Below are positions 1 through 9,892 of a DNA stretch of 64,000 nucleotides, in pieces (the stretch's first letter is position 1; the number at the start of each line of letters is the position of its first letter). Position numbers and translations under genes: made by a program. The stretch covers positions 1 through 64,000 of IMG/VR virus record IMGVR_UViG_3300012931_000759; one strand, given 5' to 3'. Under the pieces are notes generated by a model. It was not told the DNA's origin and ran no database searches. It worked only from the letters and a program-made list of their open reading frames with translations.

Positions 1-165
1 CCGCACGTCGAGGCCTGGGGGTCGAGCCAGCCGCACGTCGAGGCCTGGGGGTCGAGCCAGCCGCACGTCGAGGCCTGGGGGTCGAGCCAGCCGCACGTCG
101 TGGCCCGGGAGTCGAGCCAGCCGCACGTCGAGGCCTGGGGGTCGAACCAGCCGCACGTCGAGGCC
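1..165 (+). repeat. 30-bp in-frame tandem repeat (ccgcacgtcgaggcctgggggtcgagccag), about 5.5 copies visible
   Basis: Three identical copies, two variants and one partial copy; runs off the window start. Confidence 0.95.
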
Positions 166-726
166 AAAGGCACGGTACAGCTGTCGATCCGCGGCGCCGT
201 GTCCGTAGTCGCAGCAGCCACCGTCGCTATCGTCGTAGGTGGCGGGACGCCGACAATCGAAGGCGGTGGATTTGTCCAGCGTGTCGACAGAACAACTCCC
301 GAGACGTGGTGTGCTTACTATGGGGTTGATGTCTGCGACGGGCATGCATTGCTCTATAAAGGAGTCCGACCGGACCTCTGCGCTCCCAGCCATAGTGAGT
401 TCTGCTACCCGATCGCCTCGACCCCAGAGGCTCCGGACTGGGACGGTGGCGAGGCGGAGTGCGGAGGCGGGCTACATTTCTCACCGACGCCACGGCATAC
501 GCATGAATTCATGGATACCAATGCCACGCGATCGGCCAGGTATCTCGCGTGCCCGGTGCGGCTCGATGAGATGGCTGTCCACCCCGATGGGGACTATCCT
601 CAGAAATGTAAGGCAAAGCGCGTAGCGCTGCCGTTGTGGGAGGTCGACATTGATGGCAAGCCGGTGCCGGGCGCCGTTGTCTCCTGGCCGCCGCCATCTG
701 TCGCTACAGCGAGTAAAGAGATGTAG
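1..726 (+). CDS. 5'-truncated phage repeat protein (PHVEAWGSSQ decapeptide repeats) with C-terminal CxxGLH domain (rIIB-like)
   Basis: Frame is open from base 1; decapeptide repeats followed by LLYKGV...ECGGGLHFSP...KCKAKRV. Confidence 0.7.
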   Translation, partial: PHVEAWGSSQPHVEAWGSSQPHVEAWGSSQPHVVARESSQPHVEAWGSNQPHVEAKGTVQLSIRGAVSVVAAATVAIVVGGGTPTIEGGGFVQRVDRTTPETWCAYYGVDVCDGHALLYKGVRPDLCAPSHSEFCYPIASTPEAPDWDGGEAECGGGLHFSPTPRHTHEFMDTNATRSARYLACPVRLDEMAVHPDGDYPQKCKAKRVALPLWEVDIDGKPVPGAVVSWPPPSVATASKEM

Positions 727-871
727 ACAATACCACAAATCGTAGAGCCACTATTGCCAAAGCGTGTGAAGTGCGACAAGTGCGGCGCGACCATGGAGTA
801 TCTGCCCATGACGTCTAACAGTAATATCATGAAAATCATCTATTCGGTGAACTATCCGTGTCTCACAACGT

Positions 872-1324
872 TTGATCCGCTCTGGCGATCGGTTTTTTTT
901 GGCCGGGCCAACGCCAAGGGATTCGAGTGTCCCAAGCTGGCGTCCGGAGGCTATTAGGTTGTTCGAGTCCATGGGACACAGAGGATGGATCTTCGTTCCC
1001 GAGCCAGCGGCCGGTTTGGATGCTTGGGCATGGGGTGGAAAAGAGCAGATGGACTGGGAGCGCCACCATCTGGCGCAGGCCAGCGTCATCCTGTTCTGGA
1101 TCCCTCGCTCTGAGGATAAGTTGCCAGGACTGACAACAAACCTTGAGTTCGGAATGTGGATATGCCGTGATCCGCACAAAGTTGTGTTCGGGGCGCCAAT
1201 AGACGCCTGGAAAATGGATTCTCTGGAGTACTATGGTAGAGTCCACAACGTTGAGAGACATCTCACCCTGTCTGATACGGTTTATGCTACCATGGAGCTT
1301 CTAAGCAAGCGCAAGGAAGTGTGA
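872..1324 (+). CDS. Nucleoside 2-deoxyribosyltransferase-like protein
   Basis: FLAGPTPR...SWR...WERHHL...VILFWIPR...LPGLTTNLEFG. Confidence 0.75.
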   Translation: MIRSGDRFFLAGPTPRDSSVPSWRPEAIRLFESMGHRGWIFVPEPAAGLDAWAWGGKEQMDWERHHLAQASVILFWIPRSEDKLPGLTTNLEFGMWICRDPHKVVFGAPIDAWKMDSLEYYGRVHNVERHLTLSDTVYATMELLSKRKEV

Positions 1325-1614
1325 AAATGAGACGGATTGTTGTGATACTTACATTGCTGTTGTTCTGCGGAACCGATGATTGTAACGAAGCCAACAGGTC
1401 CAAGCAAGCCAGCGCTCCACCTACCTCGATGCGCGTCATTGAGTACAGCGAGATCACTGGAACGGTGCCAGGTCCGACAGTCCATGTGTGGATGGTCGCA
1501 GACGACAAGCGGGATCTTTGTTTTGTTGTGTTCAACAGCGGTGGTTCCAGTGTAGCTCCTGTGAGGATCGACTGCGCGGTAGTGAATTCAAAAACAGAAA
1601 GGGGATACCCATGA
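1321..1614 (+). CDS. Hypothetical secreted protein
   Basis: N-terminal hydrophobic signal-like segment; overlaps the upstream stop (GTGA). Confidence 0.55.
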   Translation: MKMRRIVVILTLLLFCGTDDCNEANRSKQASAPPTSMRVIEYSEITGTVPGPTVHVWMVADDKRDLCFVVFNSGGSSVAPVRIDCAVVNSKTERGYP

Positions 1615-1913
1615 GATTTCCATACGTTCCTGGAGCGAGGGTGCGCGCCATCCAAGTTATCACTGAGTCCGGACCAGGCTGCCCGCCGGATCGCTCCAGG
1701 ACGCTGGAGGATAACGGCGGCCACTTCTTCCCCGGCTATGTCCACGCCGAGGTGGGCGAACTGGGCATAGTGATCGAAGTCGACGACCCCTATGGTGAGA
1801 GGGAGGACCCGGAGACCGGTGAAATCCGCCAGTTGAACCCCATCCCGACGGTGCGTTTCGACCGGACGAGAACGGCCACGATCGTACGCGAAGATGAGAT
1901 CGAGTTAGTGTAG
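1611..1913 (+). CDS. Hypothetical protein
   Basis: ATG overlapping upstream TGA; purine-rich RBS. Confidence 0.55.
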   Translation: MRFPYVPGARVRAIQVITESGPGCPPDRSRTLEDNGGHFFPGYVHAEVGELGIVIEVDDPYGEREDPETGEIRQLNPIPTVRFDRTRTATIVREDEIELV

Positions 1914-1993
1914 CCGCTCACACCCTTCAACAATACATTGCGTGTTGGTCATATTCCAATACGAAATAATTTATAAAACTACAGAAGGCAAAG

Positions 1994-3190
1994 ATGGAAT
2001 TCGACCTCTCTAGCCGGACAATCTTTCTTGTTCTTCACGGAAGTCACTCATACGGAATGGCGCGTCCAGAGTCCGATGTTGACCTTCGTGGCATCGCCAT
2101 TCCCCCAGCAGAGTATTTCCACGGCTACCTAAAACAGTTCGAACAATCCGAGGAAGAGTTTCCACGCAATTTCCAAGTTGAAGGCGGGGAGACTTTCTTA
2201 GAAAAAATCCAACGAATGGTTGGACGGGCAATTCCCGAGGACGAGAAGATCGACTTCGTAGTTTACAATATCAAAAAAATCATATACTTAGCCGCACTTG
2301 GAAATCCAAACATTTTAGATATCTTATGGGCAGATGAGAGTTGTCACATTCTGAAAACCAAATTGGTTGAACCGCTTCTTGAGAACCGTGATCTGTTCCT
2401 GTCCACCAAGGTGCGCTGGAGTTACTCGGGTTACGCAGTGAGTCAACTCAAGCGTCTGAAACTCCACCGGCAGCACCTGCTTCATCCCCCGGCACGCAAG
2501 CCGTTGCGGGCCGACTTCGGCCTGCCGGAGCACACTGTGATGCCCCGCGACCAGTTAATGGCGGCTGAGAGCCTGGTGTCCCGCAAGATCGAGGAGTGGC
2601 TGGGATCGAAAGAGGAGTTACCCAAGGATGTCCTGCTGGAGATGCGCCAACGGACGACGCTAGCGATCAGGGACATCTGGTCCGCCCTTGCGACCGACGG
2701 AAAGGTTACTCCGCCGCTCACGGGGGATGGCGACCTGGACGAGGGACGGATTCGCTGCGCCGCTGGGAAACTGCTGGGATACGACAGCAACTTCCTTGAA
2801 CTGCTCGACCGAGAGAGGGCTTACAGATCCAAAATGACCCAATGGCGGCAATACGAGGACTGGAAAGCGAATCGTAATCCGGCGCGTGCCGAAATGGAGG
2901 CGCGGTTCGGATACGATTCAAAACACGCCTGCCACCTCGTTCGGCTGATGCGTCAGGCCAAGGAGATCCTGGAAACCGGTAAGGTGATCGTGAAGCGTCC
3001 GGATGCCGCCGAACTGCTGGCCATCCGCAACGGAGCCTGGAGTTACGAGAAACTCATCGAGTGGGCCGAGCAGCAGGACAAGGAACTTGGCGAGTTCTAT
3101 GAATCTGGCAAGTCGCCCCTGCCCAAGAAGCCCGACCATGTGAAACTGGACGCCCTGTGCCGCCAGATGGTGGAGGAGTCGATGCGATGA
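1994..3190 (+). CDS. Pol-beta superfamily nucleotidyltransferase (RlaP/YcgL-like)
   Basis: GSHSYGMARPESDVDLRG, GNPNILD, YDSKHACHLVRL, LLAIRNG. Confidence 0.85.
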   Translation: MEFDLSSRTIFLVLHGSHSYGMARPESDVDLRGIAIPPAEYFHGYLKQFEQSEEEFPRNFQVEGGETFLEKIQRMVGRAIPEDEKIDFVVYNIKKIIYLAALGNPNILDILWADESCHILKTKLVEPLLENRDLFLSTKVRWSYSGYAVSQLKRLKLHRQHLLHPPARKPLRADFGLPEHTVMPRDQLMAAESLVSRKIEEWLGSKEELPKDVLLEMRQRTTLAIRDIWSALATDGKVTPPLTGDGDLDEGRIRCAAGKLLGYDSNFLELLDRERAYRSKMTQWRQYEDWKANRNPARAEMEARFGYDSKHACHLVRLMRQAKEILETGKVIVKRPDAAELLAIRNGAWSYEKLIEWAEQQDKELGEFYESGKSPLPKKPDHVKLDALCRQMVEESMR

Positions 3191-3475
3191 TCATTCCAGG
3201 CGAGGTCAAGTTGAGGATCGAGGAACTCACCAAGGAGCAGCTTGTGGTCGAGGTGCTGAAGCTCCAGCACATGCTGGACAGCCGCGTGGACGACCGCGAA
3301 CTGCGCAGAAAACTGGCCACTTTCGAGGACGAATGCTACAAATAGGGCTTTGTCCTGGACAAGATCTGCCAGACCCTGCACCATTTCGGGTACGAGACGC
3401 CCGACCTCCCAAGCATCGCCAAGGCGATCCAGAAGGTTTTCTATGTCGACTGGAAACCACAGAGGAAAACCGACG

Positions 3476-3718
3476 ATGTCGAACAAGGCTGACAGGTACC
3501 AGTACCAGCCGTGGTATGTCAAGCTTTGGCGGCGCAGGCACTACATCCCGATCCCGTTCGTCGCCCTGCGCGCCTACCTGGCGGGCAGGCGGGTGCGGGA
3601 GGACCTGCCATTCAGGGTCTGCTGGAGCATCGCGATCGGCCTTGCCCAGGTCAAGATGGTCTGGCTCCACGACTGGTCCGAGCTGCGGTCGAAGGAGGAG
3701 AGCGAATGGAAAGACTGA
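3476..3718 (+). CDS. Hypothetical protein
   Basis: MSNKADRYQYQPWYVKLWRRR... preceded by GAGGA. Confidence 0.55.
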   Translation: MSNKADRYQYQPWYVKLWRRRHYIPIPFVALRAYLAGRRVREDLPFRVCWSIAIGLAQVKMVWLHDWSELRSKEESEWKD

Positions 3719-4299
3719 TCTTCGCTTCGCACAACCGCAACAAACTCCGCGAGGTGCGCCAGCTGCTCGACTTGCCGAATGTCGAGCTGCTTTGCCTGGA
3801 CGACTTGCCGGGCATGCCGGACATCGAGGAGACCGGCTCGACCTTCGCGGAGAACGCCATCCTGAAGGCGCGCGGCGTGTCGGAATGGAGCGGCCTGCCC
3901 GCGCTGGCCGACGACAGCGGGCTTGAGATCGACGCGCTCGGCGGCGAGCCGGGCGTGCGCTCGGCCCGCTACGGCGGGCCGGGAGCCGACGCGATCGACC
4001 TTCTGCTCCGCAACCTTGAGGATGTCCCAACAGGGAAGCGCACGGCGCGCTTCCGCTGTGTGGTAGCTTTCGTGGATCCCGGCAACCCAGGCAGGGTCAA
4101 ACTGCGCGAGGGAACCTGCGAGGGCATCATAACCGAGGTTCCGCGTGGCTCGAACGGTTTTGGGTTCGATCCTGTCTTCTACATGGATGAGCTTGGCTAC
4201 ACGCTGGCAGAGGCCGCGCCAGAGGACAAGAACCGGATCAGCCACCGTGGCAGGGCCGTGCGCGCCATGGCCGAATTCCTGCACCTTCATTTTGAATAG
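3706..4299 (+). CDS. rdgB: Non-canonical purine NTP pyrophosphatase (Ham1/ITPase)
   Basis: ASHNRNKLRE, EETGSTFAENAILKA, ADDSGLEIDAL, GFGFDPVF, KNRISHR. Confidence 0.95.
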   Translation: MERLIFASHNRNKLREVRQLLDLPNVELLCLDDLPGMPDIEETGSTFAENAILKARGVSEWSGLPALADDSGLEIDALGGEPGVRSARYGGPGADAIDLLLRNLEDVPTGKRTARFRCVVAFVDPGNPGRVKLREGTCEGIITEVPRGSNGFGFDPVFYMDELGYTLAEAAPEDKNRISHRGRAVRAMAEFLHLHFE

Positions 4300-4308
4300 G
4301 GAGGCAAC

Positions 4309-4641
4309 ATGGACGTAAAATCTGTGACAACAGAGGATGTGAGACAGGAGATAGAGGCCGAGGCGGAGGATATCAATCAGTGCGCCAAAGAAGACGGCTG
4401 TCCGCATTGGCTCCTTCCGCTTTTCCAGGCCGGAGAATGGATTGGCCGTAAGGTAAAGAGGGCGGGCGGATCCGAACAGGAGTCCAAGAACCTGAGCTTT
4501 GCGTTCGGGCAGATCATTTGTATGAAGGGTGTCGAACAATCTTTTGAGGTAGCCGCCGAGTGCTTTAACCGTTGGCTCGAAGGGAATCCGGATAAGCCCG
4601 GCGCAGAGCTTGCCAAGGCACTAATCACCGGAAAAAGATGA
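4309..4641 (+). CDS. Hypothetical protein
   Basis: GGAGG RBS, 110-aa ORF. Confidence 0.6.
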   Translation: MDVKSVTTEDVRQEIEAEAEDINQCAKEDGCPHWLLPLFQAGEWIGRKVKRAGGSEQESKNLSFAFGQIICMKGVEQSFEVAAECFNRWLEGNPDKPGAELAKALITGKR

Positions 4642-4828
4642 GTAAATCCGATGGAGTCTTATAAGTACAACCCAAACGCCGCCGGGCATGTCTAGCCGGT
4701 CGACCACGGCGCGCACCGTCTTTGGCGGACTACGGAGGGAGGAAGGGAAAGCTGGATGGGGGGCTGCCATGGGCTACATACAGACCGGCATTGACCTGTA
4801 AGAATACCAAGGAGACTGGGTGGACAAG

Positions 4829-5398
4829 ATGAAGGAGCTACGAGAACTGATTGCCCTGATCGACATGGACGGCACTATTGCCGATTTCGACGGCGCTATG
4901 CTCCGCGAGCTGGAGCGGATCGCGTCGCCAGGCGAGCCCTCCCTCATTGGGCAGGACGGGCAGTCTGTCGACCTGCCGCACATTAGATCTCGCCGTAAAC
5001 TGATCAGGAATCAGCCGGGCTTCTGGCGATGGCTGCCAATCTACCCTCCCGGTTTCGAGATCATGGCGGAACTGAAGGCGCTTGGGTTCCAATGCCATGT
5101 GCTGACCAAGGGTCCGAAGAATGAGCCTGCCGGGTGGATGGAGAAGGTTGAGTGGTGCCGCAGGCACCTGCCTGACACGCCCGTCATCATTTCCGAGGAC
5201 AAGAGCTTGGTGTATGGTCGTGTGCTTGTAGACGACTGGAGTGACTATTTTCTGCCTTGGCTGGAACATCGTCCGCGCGGTCTGGTTGTCGCTCCAGCCC
5301 ATCCGTGGAACAAAGATGTCAAACATCCACAGGTTGTGCGGTATGATGGCAACAATTTGGAAGAGGTTCGGCAACGGCTGACAGAGGCAATAGACTGA
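4829..5398 (+). CDS. 5'(3')-deoxyribonucleotidase (HAD, NT5C family)
   Basis: IDMDGTIADF, EKVEWC, DKSLVYGRVLVDD, HPWN. Confidence 0.85.
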   Translation: MKELRELIALIDMDGTIADFDGAMLRELERIASPGEPSLIGQDGQSVDLPHIRSRRKLIRNQPGFWRWLPIYPPGFEIMAELKALGFQCHVLTKGPKNEPAGWMEKVEWCRRHLPDTPVIISEDKSLVYGRVLVDDWSDYFLPWLEHRPRGLVVAPAHPWNKDVKHPQVVRYDGNNLEEVRQRLTEAID

Positions 5399-5533
5399 TG
5401 TACGGCTGAAAATAGATGCCTTGACAGTTTCGTACATACAGGCCCAAACAAGGTTCTCATCAAATACTTCTTTGTATAGAGCCCTGAAAATGTTTCCACC
5501 TTTATACAAAAAGTATTGATAGAAAGGCTCATT

Positions 5534-5995
5534 ATGAGATTTGTTCTTGGAGATGTTACCAAACCACAAGGCGAAGGACTAAAAATAATAGCCCATGTCT
5601 GTAATGATGCTAATGGCTACGGATCAGGCGTGGCTGGAGCTATAGCCAAATGCTGGCCTGAGGCCAAATTAGCCTATCATAGGTGGCACGCCAAGGCCGA
5701 GAATTTCGCGCTGGGCATGGTCCAGCTGGTCAAGCTTCCGGATGGGATCATCGTCGCAAACATGGTGGCCCAGCACGGGTACGCCTACAAGGGCCATCCG
5801 GCCATCCAGTATCCTGCACTCCACATGTGCCTGTCCAAGGTCGCGAAGCGCGCCAAGGAGTTGGGAGCCTCCATACATTGCCCGCGTATAGGGTGCGGAC
5901 TGGCTGGAGGGACATGGGACAAGGTCGAGCCCATTATCCTCGAGACCATGGACGGTGTCGATGTGACGGTGTACAATTTTCGGGAAGATGTGTAA
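5534..5995 (+). CDS. Macrodomain protein (ADP-ribose hydrolase, TARG1/DarG-like)
   Basis: GDVT, IIAHVCND, GSGVAGAI, IHCPRIGCGLAGGTW. Confidence 0.9.
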   Translation: MRFVLGDVTKPQGEGLKIIAHVCNDANGYGSGVAGAIAKCWPEAKLAYHRWHAKAENFALGMVQLVKLPDGIIVANMVAQHGYAYKGHPAIQYPALHMCLSKVAKRAKELGASIHCPRIGCGLAGGTWDKVEPIILETMDGVDVTVYNFREDV

Positions 5996-6447
5996 TGAGC
6001 GAATTCATAAAGAATGTCAGGATGGCGTGGGCAGGGATGAAACCGCAGGACCAAGTCTGTACTGTCTTGATGATCCCGCTGGGAATTGTGGGCGTGGCCT
6101 TTATCGCACACGGGATACTTGCTGACAGAGGATGCGCCGCACATGTCGGAGTGTGGACTTATGCCACCGACGGGTTAGCGGCCCTCATCCTTGGTATAGT
6201 ACTTGGGACTTATGCCGCCTTTCTGGTGCGCATCGTCATTGGCGTGCCGGAGATTGCCATGGCGGCCAAGAAGAAGGTATACAAGATCCGGGATGAGCGC
6301 GAGTGGCGTAGGACGCACTATCCTAACGACCGTAGTTTCGATTGGGGTCCAATCCTGCGCACGACACTGTTATTCCTGGTAGTCGCAGCGACAGTCATCA
6401 TGATTGGCGGTGGTATCGGGTACATTACCTGGCTTCTGTTCTGCTAA
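5995..6447 (+). CDS. Membrane protein (about 3 TM segments)
   Basis: Three hydrophobic segments; start overlaps the upstream stop. Confidence 0.6.
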   Translation: MSEFIKNVRMAWAGMKPQDQVCTVLMIPLGIVGVAFIAHGILADRGCAAHVGVWTYATDGLAALILGIVLGTYAAFLVRIVIGVPEIAMAAKKKVYKIRDEREWRRTHYPNDRSFDWGPILRTTLLFLVVAATVIMIGGGIGYITWLLFC

Positions 6448-6450
6448 GGA

Positions 6451-6492
6451 ATCGTGCGCGTTGATGCAGCGAAAAAATTTCGCGCCACTTTT
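6451..6492 (+). promoter_or_regulatory. Conserved intergenic motif copy 1 (GCGCGTTGATGYAGCG...TTTCGCG)
   Basis: Similar copies at 16859, 35546 and 56644. Confidence 0.65.
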
Positions 6493-6803
6493 TCGCAAAA
6501 TGAAGGGTAGGATACATAAAAACCATGGTAGAGTTGGAGGCTTACCAACTACGAATATGACGACGTCGGTGGGAATGAGGTAGCCGGATTGTTCACATAG
6601 TCAAGGGAACTCGATTTACCTCTTCTTGTGCGCGGCGTGAACATGAGGCTCGACAACAACACCTATGGCGTGATGCAGGTTGTCGTGGACTAGGACGGCG
6701 CGCAGACGATCACATGTCGCTACAATATTGGCTACGACGGGTTCCGCGAACGCAAGTTCGCCAACCTGATCAAGAGGGGCTGGACCCTGGTCAAGGAATA
6801 CAA

Positions 6804-7382
6804 ATGATGCGAATTTTCGTCATGATGGTTGGGCTCCCCGGAGCAGGAAAGACTTGGCTGCGCCAGAAGGCATTTTTCGACGCCAAGGTCATCTGTCCCG
6901 ATGACAGGATTGGATACACCAAGGACAAACCGTGGACGCCAAGGGTGGCCTCGGCTGCCTGGCGCGACGCCGACGAAAAATTCGATGCCGCGCTCGCGGA
7001 CAAACAGGCGGATCTTGTGGTTTTCGATGCCACGAATGTGGCGGCGAAGCGGCGGCGGAAGTACATGTCGAACGCCATCAAAGCAGGTATGCAGACCGTG
7101 GCCGTCTATTGCCAAGCGGGAAAGAGCGTATGCCTGGAGAGGAATGCCGCTCGGAATGAGCACCGCAGGGTGCCATTGGATGTCATCGATAGGATGTGTG
7201 GGAACCTGGAGCCGCCAAGTCTTAAGGAGGGTTTCCATATGGTGGCACGCATCGATCCGCTCGAAGGTATCCACAGTTTCCACGAGTCCATGGACTGTAG
7301 ATGTGGAGACGCGATCCGCGAACGGTTTAAATTCTTGTGGGGAAACGCGCAGCATCGGTCAGTCACCGTCACGAAGCAATGA
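6804..7382 (+). CDS. AAA_33 P-loop kinase (polynucleotide-kinase-like)
   Basis: MVGLPGAGKT, VVFDATN, RNAAR, RVP. Confidence 0.8.
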   Translation: MMRIFVMMVGLPGAGKTWLRQKAFFDAKVICPDDRIGYTKDKPWTPRVASAAWRDADEKFDAALADKQADLVVFDATNVAAKRRRKYMSNAIKAGMQTVAVYCQAGKSVCLERNAARNEHRRVPLDVIDRMCGNLEPPSLKEGFHMVARIDPLEGIHSFHESMDCRCGDAIRERFKFLWGNAQHRSVTVTKQ

Positions 7383-7547
7383 GGATGGTCATGGCTGAGA
7401 ACATCCTGGGTTTCCTGATTTTCATTTTCGGCGGCGCGATCTTGGAGTTCCTGGAGGTCCGGCGGCAGCAGAAGTGCGCGCACGAGCGGGAGACGGTTAG
7501 GATCAAAACGTCAGTCACAATGGGGCGGTGTGGTAAAGGAAAAAGAA

Positions 7548-8129
7548 ATGACCGACCAGGAACTTCAACTCCGCCTACTCTACGCCGTGATCGTCGCGGG
7601 CAAGTCGGCCAAGTTCGCCGAGCAGGCGATGGCCAGGCTGTTTGTCGGACTCGGAGGCAACCTGCCGTTCGACAGGGTGCGCGCCTGGGTCGCGGAAGGC
7701 GCACTGGAAACCAGGCTGTGGGAAGCGCGGGTCGGGAACTACAGCAAGGTGCTCCGGGCGTTCGCCGCCTTGGCCGAAGCCGGGCTCGACCTGCGCAGCT
7801 GCGGTCCGGCCGACCTGGAGGCGATCCATGGCATCGGCCCGAAGACCGCACGATTTTTCATCATCTGGACGCGCCCTCTCGCGCGGGTAGCCGCGCTGGA
7901 TGTCCATATTTTACGCTGGATGCGCCAGCATGGCTATAATGCGCCGCATCAGACCCCTCCATCCGGTAAGCGGTATGCCGAACTGGAGGCCGCCTTCCTG
8001 GCGGAGGCCGACAGGCGCGAGCTGACGCCGAGGGAACTTGACGAACAGATATGGAGCAGAGGATCAGGATTACGCCAAGACGTCTGTTTCGATTCTGTGT
8101 CAGCTAGTGTCACAACTGTGGACAAATGA
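7548..8129 (+). CDS. HhH-family DNA glycosylase/lyase (Ogg-like)
   Basis: IHGIGPKTARFF, LDVHILRW, KRYAELE. Confidence 0.75.
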   Translation: MTDQELQLRLLYAVIVAGKSAKFAEQAMARLFVGLGGNLPFDRVRAWVAEGALETRLWEARVGNYSKVLRAFAALAEAGLDLRSCGPADLEAIHGIGPKTARFFIIWTRPLARVAALDVHILRWMRQHGYNAPHQTPPSGKRYAELEAAFLAEADRRELTPRELDEQIWSRGSGLRQDVCFDSVSASVTTVDK

Positions 8130-8173
8130 TTCCTGGTGTTTAGATGGTTCCCAATCTTGTGTGGGAGGGGCAT

Positions 8174-8671
8174 ATGGCGACCGAGATCGAACGAAAGTAC
8201 CTGGTCAATAACCGGTGGCAAGACGTGGTTCCTGATGACATGATTAAGATTACGCAGGGATACCTAGCGACTGCCGAGGACACAACGGTCAGGATCCGCA
8301 TGATGGATCGGAAAGGGACGCTGGAGGCCAGACTTGCCGTGAAGGGTCCGACTGTCGGCATCTCGCGCCCGGAGTTTGAATATGCCATTCCCCTTAGTGA
8401 TGCCCAGGAGATGTTATATTTGTGCGGCAGCCGGATCGTCTGGAAGATCAGGTTCTTTGTGCCGTCATCTCGCAAGGGTCTGGTGTGGGAAATTGACGTG
8501 TTCAAGGGTAAGCACGAGGGGCTTGTGCTCGCCGAGATCGAGCTTGTCAGTCCTGAGGACCGCATGGTCCGCCTTCCGAAGTGGATTGACAGAGAGGTCT
8601 CAGGGGATTGTAGATATTCCAACCATAGTCTGGCCATCCACGGGCTGAAGCTTGTCGGGAAAGAAGCATAG
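8174..8671 (+). CDS. CYTH-domain triphosphatase/adenylate cyclase
   Basis: EIERKYLV, QGYL, VRIR, RPEFEY, WEIDVF, LAEIEL, RYSN. Confidence 0.9.
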   Translation: MATEIERKYLVNNRWQDVVPDDMIKITQGYLATAEDTTVRIRMMDRKGTLEARLAVKGPTVGISRPEFEYAIPLSDAQEMLYLCGSRIVWKIRFFVPSSRKGLVWEIDVFKGKHEGLVLAEIELVSPEDRMVRLPKWIDREVSGDCRYSNHSLAIHGLKLVGKEA

Positions 8672-8672
8672 C

Positions 8673-8939
8673 ATGACCGTCTGTAACTGGTGTAAACAAG
8701 AGATGAGGAACAAGGTGTCCTGTAACGGCGAGCCGGTCAAGTTCCCGGACGGGACAGAACTGCTCCCGATCCCGTATGATCCTGAGTATGGCGGATCGGA
8801 GCAGATCTGCCACGATTGTAAAACTCCGAGAGGCGGGTTCCATCATCCTGGGTGTGACATGGAGCGGTGCCCGAAATGTGGCGGCCAGCTCATCGGCTGC
8901 GGATGCCTGAGCGACGGGAACGACTGCGAGGACGAGTAG
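8673..8939 (+). CDS. Cys-rich zinc-finger protein
   Basis: CxxC...CHDC...HHPGCD.ERCPKCGGQLIGCGC. Confidence 0.7.
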   Translation: MTVCNWCKQEMRNKVSCNGEPVKFPDGTELLPIPYDPEYGGSEQICHDCKTPRGGFHHPGCDMERCPKCGGQLIGCGCLSDGNDCEDE

Positions 8940-9287
8940 ATGTATCCCGAGACCAAGGAGGCCGTCCGCAGGGCCATGCGCGTATGCCAAATTTTATGGG
9001 GAATGGATTCTGAGGAATACGTGCGCCTGTTCGAGGTCGCCAGTGCGGTGGAGTTTCCTACCCGAAATATAATCGCCACGCGCCTGCGCGAACGCTTCAG
9101 GGACGAAGTCATAGGTGACGAGGAGTTCGCTTGCCTCGTCGACGCAGAATTGATCGAAGAGTTAAAAACCAGGTACTCAAATGCCGCCGTGGCGGCCGGA
9201 TTCGATGCCGAATACGGCCTGGCGATGCTGGAATACGCCGCAATTCTCCGAGACTTGGAGGATGATGACGGCTACGAGGATCCATGA
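8940..9287 (+). CDS. Hypothetical protein
   Basis: Abuts neighbouring ORFs. Confidence 0.55.
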   Translation: MYPETKEAVRRAMRVCQILWGMDSEEYVRLFEVASAVEFPTRNIIATRLRERFRDEVIGDEEFACLVDAELIEELKTRYSNAAVAAGFDAEYGLAMLEYAAILRDLEDDDGYEDP

Positions 9288-9589
9288 GGATACCGACACC
9301 CGACCAATGGCGATATGAAGGGCTGGCAGAATCCCTTGCCAAGATGATTCGGCAGGATCCGGATTTCCTGACCCAGGAGGAGCGTCTTGAGGAGTTCCTC
9401 CTGGACGCTTTTGACAAGGTCTACAGGATGGGGCAAAATGATCCGGCTGCCGCCCACGAGAATATCACCAAGGGAATCGAAGTCGGCCTCCGCATTGCTC
9501 GCCCGGTGATATCGGTCACTGACCTTTCCGGAATGCCGGAAATACTCGAGCGGATCAAGGAAAGATGGAAAACAGGATCTTGTCATTAA
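9284..9589 (+). CDS. Hypothetical protein
   Basis: ATGA overlap with upstream ORF. Confidence 0.55.
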   Translation: MRIPTPDQWRYEGLAESLAKMIRQDPDFLTQEERLEEFLLDAFDKVYRMGQNDPAAAHENITKGIEVGLRIARPVISVTDLSGMPEILERIKERWKTGSCH

Positions 9590-9891
9590 GGCAGGGAAGG
9601 CTGGCCTGGTTCTCGGCAGCCATGACCATCGTGTTGGCTGTAGCCGACGCCTTGGGCACGCAGATCATCATCGGCATGGGTGGAGAGGAGAAGAATCCCA
9701 TCTGGGCATGGTTCATATCGGTGGCCGGTGTCTGGTGGATTGCTCCGAAGTTGCTCCTAAACGCTGCGGCAAGTCTTTTACTTTTGGCTTGTTGGCGGAT
9801 TACGCTCGCAAGGGTGGCGATGGCTGCCTACATCGTGATATACTTTGCCGTTGTAGTTCTCCATATCTGGCTTATAGCACATAGAGGATGA
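9565..9891 (+). CDS. Small membrane protein (DUF5658-like)
   Basis: Three TM segments; D..T...E.NP motif. Confidence 0.6.
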   Translation: MENRILSLRQGRLAWFSAAMTIVLAVADALGTQIIIGMGGEEKNPIWAWFISVAGVWWIAPKLLLNAAASLLLLACWRITLARVAMAAYIVIYFAVVVLHIWLIAHRG

Positions 9892-9892
9892 C

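Noticed and set aside
1-165. CRISPR array
   Set aside because: The 30-bp units are directly adjacent with no spacers and are in-frame coding repeats.
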